Notes under the pieces: model-generated | Databases searched by the model: none | What the model saw: only the letters and a program-made list of their open reading frames with translations | Told to the model about the DNA's origin: nothing | Assembly (NCBI RefSeq): GCF_964204645.1 | Contig: NC_134030.1 | Location: 975,355-1,039,354, forward strand | Direction of reading: 5' to 3' | DNA: 64,000 bases | Source: Tubulanus polymorphus | Lineage: Eukaryota; Animalia; Nemertea | In this document: positions 37,235 through 47,800 of the stretch, one piece after another | How positions within the stretch are numbered: the first letter of the stretch is position 1 | Layout of the letters: every line of letters starts with the position of its first letter | Translations under genes and position numbers: made by a program

Positions 37235-37374
37235 GGGGACGGTTCCATAGTCATGGCTTAGACTTAAGACCAGTCTAAGTCCAACTCAGTTATATAGATA
37301 ATCTAACAACTTAAGACCGGTCTTAAGATGTAAGATCACTTTTGGACTTAAGTCTCGACTATGGAACCGGCCCC
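37235..37374. mobile_element. MITE, same family as 100-370, with CAG target-site duplication
   Basis: CAG|GGGACGGTTCCATAGTC...GACTATGGAACCGGCCC|CAG. GGG termini and a CWG TSD are consistent with PIF/Harbinger-superfamily derivatives. Confidence 0.7.
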
Positions 37375-38119
37375 AGAACTGTGGAACTGAATTGCGATTG
37401 AACCGGTAAACGTTAGTCCCGACCTGTTCATTCCACTTCAGATGGTCTATTGTAAACTCAGCTAATGACCTCAGCGGTAAACAGTACGATAAAATATACA
37501 TATGCAGATATATATCTATATATATATATATATATTTATATTCATAATGTACAACATTCAGCAGTCAATTATAATTATAATCAATAAAGTGAAGAAAGGA
37601 CGTAGTAGTAGTTGGATAATAAAGGGTTAATATGTACACTGATATATACACAACCGGGTGGCCCGTAACCCGGTCACCCTCGGGGCGCCCGTAACCCGGT
37701 TACCCTCGGGGCTCCCTGTTACCCGGTCACCCTCGGAGCGCCCCGTTCATAACCGGAACAACCTCACTGAATCATAAACAGCTCCGGATTACTCCAGCTA
37801 ATTCAACGGGTAATATATCCGTGATCCATGGGAGGGGAGGGTTATAATATCGTCATCCAATTATTTAGGTAAATGCTTTTTGATGAATTGCAAACATCTG
37901 GGGGCAGAGGTTGAAACTTAGTTGAAATTTGCAGCAGCCCGTTCTTATTGGACAACAATGGACTAAAACACCTATTGATGCGTATCCAAGGATACACGAT
38001 CTTCATCCAAAAAAATGATCACTGAGTGACCATTTAAAAACAGCCAAACACTCTCTGAGTCCGGGTTGTAAAGATAATATAAAATCCCTGCACACTAAGA
38101 ATAAAAACAGTTAGAAATG

Positions 38120-38640
38120 TTTCTTTGAGCTAGTGTAGTTTATTCAACGTTTCGACTAAATCCTAATAGTCATCTTCAGGAATACTGTATTCCTTGAGCT
38201 AGTGTAGTTTATTCAACGTTTCGACTTTATCCTAATAGTCATCTTCAGGAGTACTGTATTCCCTGAGCTAATGTTGAATAAACTACACTAGCTCAAGGAA
38301 TACAGTATTCCTGAAGATGACTATTAGGATAAAGTCGAAACATTGAATAAACTACACTAGCTCAAGGAATACAGTATTCCTGAAGGTGACTATTAGGATA
38401 AAGTCGAAACATTGAATAAACTACACTAGCTCAAGGAATACAGTATTCCTGAAGATGACTATTAGGATATAGTCGAAACGTTGAATAAACTACACTAGCT
38501 CAAGGAATACAGTATTCCTAAAGATGACTATTAGGATAAAGTCGAAACGTTGAATAAACTACACTAGCTCAAGGAATACAGTATTCCTAAAGATGACTAT
38601 TAGGATATAGTCGAAACGTTGAATGAACATTAGCTCAAGG
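38120..38640. ncRNA. Tandem/inverted array of seven hammerhead-ribozyme-like units (69-bp period)
   Basis: Unit UAUUC-CUGAAGA-U-GACU(AU)..(AU)AGUC-GAAAC-GUU-GAAUA. Two minus-strand copies (38141-38184, 38210-38253) and five plus-strand copies (cores at 38311, 38380, 38449, 38518, 38587). Confidence 0.7.
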
Positions 38641-38765
38641 ACTATTTGTAGAAACAAATTACGAGCTCATTGAAACATCTCTGGCGACTGTATTTTTTTA
38701 TTCTCAGCTGCGACAGGAGGGATTTTATACGATGATCGTTGACTCGAGATGTATGTGTCATATAT

Positions 38766-38776
38766 AGAGAGAGAGT

Positions 38777-38874
<98 letters not shown>

Positions 38875-38917
38875 GAGAGAGAGTGAGAGAGAGAGAGAGA
38901 GAGAGAGTGAGTGAGAG
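38766..38917. repeat. (GA)n microsatellite
   Basis: About 150 bp of near-perfect GA dinucleotide. Confidence 0.95.
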
Positions 38918-39549
38918 ACTGGTGGTGAATGAGGTGTAAACACTAAAATGACTCATTCTCTTGCTGCTCTTACCACTCGATACACAGATACACGATACAC
39001 AGTTACTGGATACAGGTGAATGTATTGATCCGATACACGATACACCTGGTAGTGTCATCGCAGACGGCAATGACACATTCATCAACAATTCCACCTGAAA
39101 TCCTCCGTTCACCCAACTATTGATCCATTCAAATAATGAAATTGTTTTTCCTGTTGAATACAGATAGCCGGGCTGGTATCAACTCCTTAAAGACCTCCCC
39201 CTCCCCTCCCTCCCTCCCCTCCTCCCTGTATGGGGCATTCTATCACACATATTTATTGGTACCATACAAAGCCTGAATAGACATATGTATATATACACAC
39301 ACATTAAATACATTTCATAGATAGAAAACTTATTTACAAATAAATCCTTGAGATTATATAGAACTTAAGTGAACTTTAGCTCCCTCGGCATCAGAGAGCT
39401 TAAACACTCCCCCTACGACCCCCTCCCTCCCTCCCCAGGAGATTTATACTCCCCGTTCCTCCCTAGCAGAGATTCCTACAGATTCCCCTTCTACAGTGAC
39501 ACACACAGCAGACCCAGCCCTCCCGACCATGAATTTCCCTGCCCGAAAT

Positions 39550-39676
39550 CCACCCTGCCTGACTCCACCCTGCCAGACTCCACCCTGCCTGACTCCACCC
39601 TGCCTGACTCCACCCTGCCAGACTCCACCCTGCCCGACACCCTGCCAGACTCCACCCTGCCCGGCACCCTGCCTGA
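39550..39676. repeat. 15-bp tandem repeat
   Basis: CCACCCTGCC(T/A)GACT, about 8 copies. Confidence 0.85.
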
Positions 39677-40245
39677 TATTCTACTGATTGTTGATATTGT
39701 TTCTCAATGATATGAACCGACAAACAACGACTATCATTATCATTATTATATATCGATATCGATGAAATAGCACATGAGATATAATAGTGTTTTTGATATA
39801 TCGAGAAACATGGAAGGCATTCTTATAAACGACAAGTTACTCTGAATTTTGGTAGAAATATAGAATTAATTTGTTTAACTGAGTTGTTTTTAATGTGAAG
39901 CGAGAAGAGAAGCCATTATTGTTTATTACACTAGATATGTTTATATATATATATATACAGACCATGACTAAACCATCTCTGCTGATCCGTGACTGAACCA
40001 TTTCTGCTGAACCAACTGAACTGACCAAGCAAAAGAGAACAGCGCGCTATTGTTTTTTTTCCTAGGTTGTAATGATACATAGAGACAACAGTTAACAACA
40101 ATAACTCCCGGTGACCTCCAGTACGGGGAGGACCCGTGTGACACCGATGTAGGGAGTACTCCCGCGTAATTCCGGTTCTAGTACAGCGGATAATTCCACC
40201 AGTATGGGGAAAACTCCACAACTCTGATAAGGATAGGACTACAGC

Positions 40246-40425
40246 GATGTGACTCCATTATGGGGAGAACTCGGCCCGCGTGAGGTACTCCAGTCTCATA
40301 CGGGGGTCGATGTGACTCCGTTATGGGGAGGACTCCCGCGTCAGGTACTCCAGTCTCATACAGGGGTCGATGTGACTCCGTTATGGGGAGGTCTCGGCCC
40401 GTGTGAGATACTCCAGTCTCATACG
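40246..40425. repeat. About 60-bp tandem repeat (3 copies) overlapping the Vang stop codon
   Basis: CTCCAGTCTCATAC recurs at about 40288, 40348 and 40411; the last copy contains the Vang GTA TGA. Confidence 0.85.
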
Positions 40426-42219
40426 GAAGTTTCCGAATTTAATCGTAACACAAATTTGTTCGTTTTCGGATCGATGACCTCCTCGGTGAGACTATAATGC
40501 GGTATCTTACGTAACGTGCACAGTAGCGCCACCTCTCCTTGACGCAGTTGAAAAATGCAGCCGTCCTCGACGGCACGACTGAGTAAAGTATCGCAGATTA
40601 AAACCCACGGTTGAGTTCGCCTGTATTCGCGATCGCTCAGGATTACCGGACCTTGGGTAATGTATTTCTCGAGGAAAGCTTTCGGCGACATATCGTAACT
40701 AATACACGTCGCTAGGTGTTGCATTATTGACTCCATCGTGTAACGAGGCTGTTGCCGTGTGATACGTAGGTATTTTTGTAACGCACGAGCCATGGATGGG
40801 AAAATAGACTGAGCAGCTTCCTGCGGGTCCATCGGTATAGCAGGACCTGAAAATATAAAACAACATTCTTAATTACATCAGTTTGATTATTACATGTTAG
40901 GAGAGGAACAGAACAGAGGGGGAGTAGGGGGGGGGGGGGGCAGAACAGAGGGGAGGGGACAGAACAGAGGGGGAGTAGTGGGATGGGAGGGGACAGAACA
41001 GAGGGGAGTAGGGGGGGCAGACCAGAGGGGAGTAGGGTGAGGGGCAGAACAGAGGGGGAGTAGTGGGAGGGGAGGGGACAGAACAGAGGGGAGGGGATAG
41101 AACAGAGGGGGAGTAGTGGGAGGGGAGGGGACAGAACAGATGGGGAGTAGGGGGGGGGGCAGACCAGAGGGGAGTGGAGGACATATCCATTGTAACAATT
41201 TAAGAACAGTCTCTCATTTTTGGCTCAGTAACTGGTCTAAGCTTGTTTTAGTGCTATAACCGAATTAAGTCTTGATCAAGGAACTGGGCCCGGATCATAA
41301 AATCTAAAAAATCCTAACTCCCGCATGGCCATCTGGGACCTTTGACCAACTGGGATGAAAACGAACACGTTCTGTTCGACGGTGTTTACTGTTACTGGCT
41401 CCTACTGCAAACTAGATGTGGTTTATGGATTAAAGGGTTAAAACACTTCATACAAATAGTGAATATTCATTCACTGGATGAAGAATGTGTTGAAATAAAA
41501 ACTGAGTCAAGTGAAAATCGATTTAATGTTCATTTAAACAAATAGCATTTCATAGCGAACAAGAGCAGAGGTATAAAACACAGTATCAGGTGAGCTTCAT
41601 GGAATGTCATAGAGAATACTCCATCAACACTACCAACACTACCCTGCCATAGGGGAAATAATGATTGTTCATCCTAGCAAAATGCAGGGCAGTATTAGCA
41701 GGTACCCCTCAACCGACCACTGAGCGGCGCCACTCACGGCTGTACCAATCGTCTCCACTTTGAACTAACAGGATGAACTACACATGGATTGATGAGAGAC
41801 CAGTGAAAGACTGACTGACTGCTACCACTTGGATTCAAACACATGAATCCTGGATTGATGAGAGACCAGTGAAAGACTGACTGACTGCTACCACTTGGAT
41901 TCAAACACATAAACCCTGGATTGACTTATTGTGTGATGGTTGACGAAGATCTGTCCATCATTAGTAAAACACTGTTTTCTAATTCAATGTTTGGTCTACG
42001 CTCACAGTGTCCTCTGCTGCCGAGCTCTGAATCAGTTCATCATTGAATAATCAATGCTACTTTTAATTGCTGCAGATTCTGATTGGACAATAATTAAACT
42101 AATCATTTACAAGAGAAGCAACACATCCCCTGAACCCCTCAGAGAGTTTGCCACATCTCCCCGCGATGTTCAGCATGACTCATAATGAAATCAACAAGCC
42201 GATATTCAACAGCGGCGGC

Positions 42220-42252
<33 letters not shown>

Positions 42253-44860
42253 GCCAGAAGCAATCTCTCTTAGACAAGTTTTAAAGTTCAACATGTTGAA
42301 GATGTTTCATAGAATTGAATCCTCATTAGACACAAATTCAAACTGTGAAATACATGAGCAGCTTTTGAAAAAAATCCACCCTCGATGAATTCCGACTACT
42401 TAATCAGAGAATAGATCGACCTCGCGAGACTCTTCATTTTGGTCCAAATACCGTGGATGAATGCCAACAACTACTTAAGATTTCTAAATCACATTGCTGT
42501 AGCACACATGGGTGAAATCTATTTATATTCCACCGGGAGAGCAGAGTTTCTGAGATCTGTTCTCAATCTCTCTCTCAGAAATATCTCAGGTAAATTCCAC
42601 ACTTTATAGAGATAAAATCAACCACAGAAACATCAGTGGAACACTGTGAATTACTGAGAATCTATAAACCACAGGTAGCTGTTACACCTCACACTAACCC
42701 TTACATCACAGGTAGCTGTTACACCTCACACTAACCCTGACACCACAGGTAGCTGTTACACCTCACACTAACCCTTATACCACAGGTAGCAGTTACACCT
42801 CATACTAACCCTGACACCACAGGTAGCAGTTACACCTCATACTAACCCTGACATACAAAGATCACTGGAATCTCCATCGAGAAATCTTTAACCCATGATG
42901 TGTATGCGTGTAGATCTTTAGAGCTTTTCACAATTTTCTTATTAATCGTTTATTAGTTATTCATTCTAACCAACATATAACTAGGTCATGGATCTATGAT
43001 ATATGACCTTGGCATGTAACTAGGTCATGGATCTATGATGTATGACCTAGGCATAAGTTTAAATGCTTAATTATCAAAAAATATCTTTGAAATTTTGGAA
43101 GTGGGGGGTTAGGAGAGATGGTGGCAGGGGTGTTAGGGAGGATGGGGACAGGGGGCATTAGGGAGGATGGGGACAGGGGGCGTTAGGGAGGATGGGGACA
43201 GGGGGCGTTAGGGAGGATGGGGACAGGGGGCGTTAGGAGAGATGGTGGCAGGGGTGTTAGGGAGGATGGGGACAGGGGGCATTAGGGAGGATGGGGACAG
43301 GGGGCGTTAGGAGAGATGGTGGCAGGGGTGTTAGGGAGGATGGGGACAGGGGGCATTAGGGAGGATGGGGACAGGGGGCATTAGGGAGGATGGGGACAGG
43401 GGGCGTTAGGAGAGATGGTGGCAGGGGTGTAAGGGAGGATGGGGACAGGGGGCATTAGGGAGGATGGTGGCTGGGGCGTTAGGGAGGATGGGGACAGGGG
43501 GCGTTAGGGAGGATGGGGACAGGGGGCGTTAGGGAGGATGGGGACAGGGGGCGTTAGGGAGGATGGGGACAGGGGGCGTTAGGGAGGATGGGGACAGGGG
43601 GCGTTAGGGAGGATGGGGACAGGGGGCGTTAGGGAGGATGGGGACATGAGGTGTTAGGGAGGTATTTTAAAATCTCAATATATTTTTACCTTTCATAGAA
43701 TCGTCAGTGAAACGTTTAATATGAGTAAAAGCTTCTTCGGCCGCCGTTAAAAGTCTCGCTTTACGTTTCTTCACACGTCTGCGATATTCCTCCTCCTCGT
43801 AGAATCGATCGTTATGACTACTGTCTCGTTTACGAGCGGCGGCCGCGAATATCGCTCGACTCGTTCTCTGAGGTTGAGCCGCCGGTTGACCGGTAACGCC
43901 GTCTACGTCGTAGATTTTAAATCCGGTCATGTTTTTGTTGGCGTTACGTCTCGGCGCCGCGTCCAAATACGGATTATACGCGTCGAAATCCATGAAGTAT
44001 TTTTCTAAGCACCAAACGGCCGCGCGTTGTATCGACAGCTGACCGATGTTATAATATCGCGTTTCTCCGTCCGGTGACCGCACGACCTTGACGCAGTATT
44101 GCGGTTGAAGTTGCCGGATTTCGATGAGAATTATCGCGAGATAATGAATAAATAAAAGAGCGTCGACGAGACTGACGCTGAACAGCAGGATGCTGTGATA
44201 GTCGCGAACTTTCTTATCGAAAATACGCACGCCATAAAATAACCAGAACGCAAACGTCAACAGAAACACGAGAAACAACAATAGAGCGCGGAAAATAAAT
44301 ATACGCGGCATCGTCGCCTTCGGGCGTCGGAAGAATACCGCTCCGGTACCGATTAATAATATCAATAGTTTAAACGCGAAACTGATCAATAATCCTTCGC
44401 ATTTCGGGCCGCATTCGTCCTGTTTCCAACCGTTTATTTCTAATTTCGGCATTATGACCATCGCTACGGGCGACAGGAACGCGACGGTCGATAGGACCGC
44501 GGCGAGGATCGTACCCGCGTATCGCATACAATCGAAATCTACGCTTTCTTCCATATCTTTAGTCATACGAGTCATATCCTCGACGGAGAACCCGGTCTCG
44601 CTGGTCGCCCCGGTGATAGCCGTCGTATTGTCGCCCCAGTTATCGTCCTGCGGTAGAATCTGAACCTCGATTCGTTCCTCGTCACGACGAGGTATCTCAT
44701 CGCCACCAGGGGGCAGCGGCGGTCGATTCATCTGTTCTCGACTGCCCGAGTGCCGACTACGCCGATGATGACGATGACCCATGTGACCGCTACCATGACT
44801 ACGATACGAGCGCTCGGATCGACCGTCGCTGTATCCCGACCTCACTGACTCCACATCCAT
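40419..44860 (-). CDS. VANGL: Vang-like / Strabismus planar cell polarity protein, 2 coding exons, 532 aa
   Basis: Exons 44860-43690 and 40846-40419 join in frame (MKG|PAIPMDPQEAAQSIFPSMARALQKYLR). Motifs QDDNWGDNTTAITG, four TM helices, VVRSPDGE, GQLSIQRAAVWCLEKY, SHNDRFYEE, RRVKKRKARL and the C-terminal PDZ-binding ETSV*. Confidence 0.96.
40898..41180. repeat. G-rich degenerate minisatellite in the Vang coding intron
   Basis: Repeats of GGGGACAGAACAGAGGGGGAGTAG. Confidence 0.85.
42668..42855. repeat. 37-bp tandem repeat, about 5 copies
   Basis: CCACAGGTAGC(T/A)GTTACACCTCA(C/T)ACTAACCCT... Confidence 0.85.
43105..43663. repeat. 25-bp G-rich minisatellite, about 22 copies, next to the Vang donor site
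   Basis: TTAGGGAGGATGGGGACAGGGGGCG. Confidence 0.93.
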
Positions 44861-47800
44861 TACTCCTGATTATAACTTACTCCTCCTGTCGGTTAATCCT
44901 TGATTATCATCTTCATCATCTAAAAATATAAAATATAGATATTGAATTTAAACATGTCTTCTGAATTGTATAAGGTTATTGATTAACTTTCTGGAGATAT
45001 GACTGCACCATTACACCCATCCCCCTCCCCTATTCTCCTTCCCACTCCCTTTGTACTCCCTCAACCCTCCCTATATACTCAGTCACCCCTTCCTATATAC
45101 TCAGTCACCCCGGCCCTAGCCATGTAATCAGTCTTCCATACCTATGTACTGAGTCACCCCTACCCATGTACTCAGTTACCCCTCATCAGGAATTATATCA
45201 GATAATTCGGTTTATAACTCAAGCAAACATAGGTTTTATAACTATCAAACACTTGAGAAGAGACAAGAGATATAGAGAGTGGAGAGAGAGGGAGAGAGGG
45301 GAGAGGAGAGTGGGGGAGGGGAGAGAGTGGGGAAGGGAGAGAGGTGGTTCAGCAATTCATGTCTCTCATGTAACAATGTTGTAATTATCGCTATAAAACA
45401 TTGATGTCCGATGTTTCATTAATGTGTGAAATGTGATAATAAAACAGTGATCCTATAAAACAGAGGTCCGTCGCTTACAGCTGTCGTCATAGAACAACCG
45501 AACAGTCGAGCTGCAGTTTTTCTATATCAAATACTCATTTATGTTATCGGTAAGAAAACAGTGCCTGCTGCAGTAAGACTTATCAACCGCAGTAAGACTG
45601 ATCACCCGCAGTAACACTGATCAACCGCCGAGAAGAACGTGATATATCAAATTATTGATCAACGACAGAAATTCAATTCTCACAACGGGAAAAAACAAGG
45701 AACAAATCAATAACAGCTAAAACACAGTTACACAACCAGTACGAGAGATAATCCACGGATCTGAAAATCCATGAGATAATCCTCAGCAGATCTGATAATC
45801 CATGAGATAATCCATAGAATAGATAATGTATGTAAGAGATAATCTAAACACACAAATCATGTTAATAGGAGATTTATAAAACACTTTTACGCACAGTTAG
45901 GAAGAGAGAGGAATACAGATGAGAAGGGCTTCAACGGCTCTGAACAGAGATACTCATCATACCTCACCTCAACTCACTGGTTCTCAGAAATCATATCAAT
46001 ACAGTGGTAGATTATCAATATCTGTAGCTCACACCCAGCACTCACAGACCCTCACTTGGAGGAAGCAACAACAGATGACAGTACTTTAACACAGGTACAA
46101 TATGAGGGGCTTAGACCGGTCGTGAACAGATCCTGAACAAAATAATGTACACCTCACCTCACCTCACCTCAACACACCTCACCTCACCTCATCTCAACAC
46201 ACCTCACAGATTGATTCTCAGAAATCAAACTGCCCAATAGAGAGGTAAATATCTGTATCTCAACCCTCACCTCACCACTCAAGCCGATAACTGCATGCAA
46301 CAGATGACAATCAGTCAGTATCAGTCAGAGAGTTCCGATGAAAGCTGGAGATCATCAGATTCTGTCTTTTCCGGTGTCTAGAGACAACACAGTAGATTCT
46401 ACTCACGTTCCTCTCTCTCTCCTCTCTCTCCTCTCTCCTCTCTCCTCTCTCCTGACTGACTGTTGAATAATTCAATCTTCCACTAGTGACATTTCTACTT
46501 AAATAGAAATGACAACACGCAGGCTGATCTACTGAGGATTGTGGGGGGGGGGGAGGACTCCTGGTGTTGACAATAGACACAAACTTGATAGACAGATAAA
46601 TAATAGTCAATAATGAGCACTAATTAATCCGTAAATAAACATTATTAATTAATTACAGCTTGTAATTAAATCATTATAAACACCATGAGTCAATGTAAAC
46701 ATGTATGTCATATGGGGCTACAGGGGTTCAATATACACAATATAAATCCATACTAATCCATCACCTGTTAATCCTCAATAATCCTATATCATTTATCTAT
46801 AAGTGCCCACAATTATTATTGTAGATATTCCATTAAAATGCCTTCCAGGTTGGTTCTTATTGCGCAAGTTGATTCATTTATATTGAATCCGAGCCGATTT
46901 TCAGGGTATCCGAACCCCAACATGCTTACAATTTCAACCATTCGTCCGTAGCCAAAATGTTGCTTTTAATCAAGATCTATCTTAATCAAGGTCTTTAACT
47001 GAAGCAGAATCGTCGGATTTCTTTCGCATTTATCTTACACGTCAGATATTGTTATGTATCTTCTCCAAATTCTGATAGAATAAATAACCAGCCAAGTAGT
47101 TTTCGATATTTAAGGCAAAACTATTTATTTGACGCACACGAGCTGACTGGGAGTTACTGATAAAATTTTAGTAATTAGTATTAAGCACAGAGGGAAATTA
47201 TGACGGAGCACTGACTGCGAGCACTGACTGCAGTAACATTTTGGAAACAACAACTTTCTAACGTTTCAATCTCATTGAGATTATTTAGATCAATTCTCTA
47301 TTAATCATTCATCGCATTTTAATGATCCCCGAAACTAAAAACACAGAGAAAATAAATTCAAACACAACATTGAATGGAACAATACCGGAAATTGTGGCAT
47401 CGTGATTTACCACAGTTGCGGTTCAGTCGAGGTCCGTCTGTCAAATAATGCCTCAATGCTTCAGTCATTGTTTACTATTAATCAGATTGAGACAATAAAT
47501 CACACGCAATAATCAAACATCAGCGTTAATTAACCCTTTACCAGTCAGAGTGGACAGTAATTATCATTAATTCAGGGGTAGAGAAAGTAAAGGCGCGATC
47601 ACACGGAGACAATTTCGCCCGGATCCGAGTCAAATTTCTAACAGATCAGGCCCGTAACATCATTTGGCACAAATGTGAATAGTTGTTCCAGGACAAAAAT
47701 GCTAATGCGATCACTGCTAGTAAATTTCAAAACCTCCCGTGACACTTATGTGGGCTATGTTCATTTTGAACAGAGTTTTTGTGTAATAGTTTGAAATGAG

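Noticed and set aside
38642-39112. ORFs with poly-(SL) or poly-(ER) (also 33935-34281, 40890-41198, 15278-15514, 51349-51703, 57767-57967)
   Set aside because: Translations of microsatellite or low-complexity DNA.
44861-44919. Possible N-terminally extended Vang isoform from a near-cognate upstream start
   Set aside because: In-frame TAA four codons upstream of the ATG at 44860.
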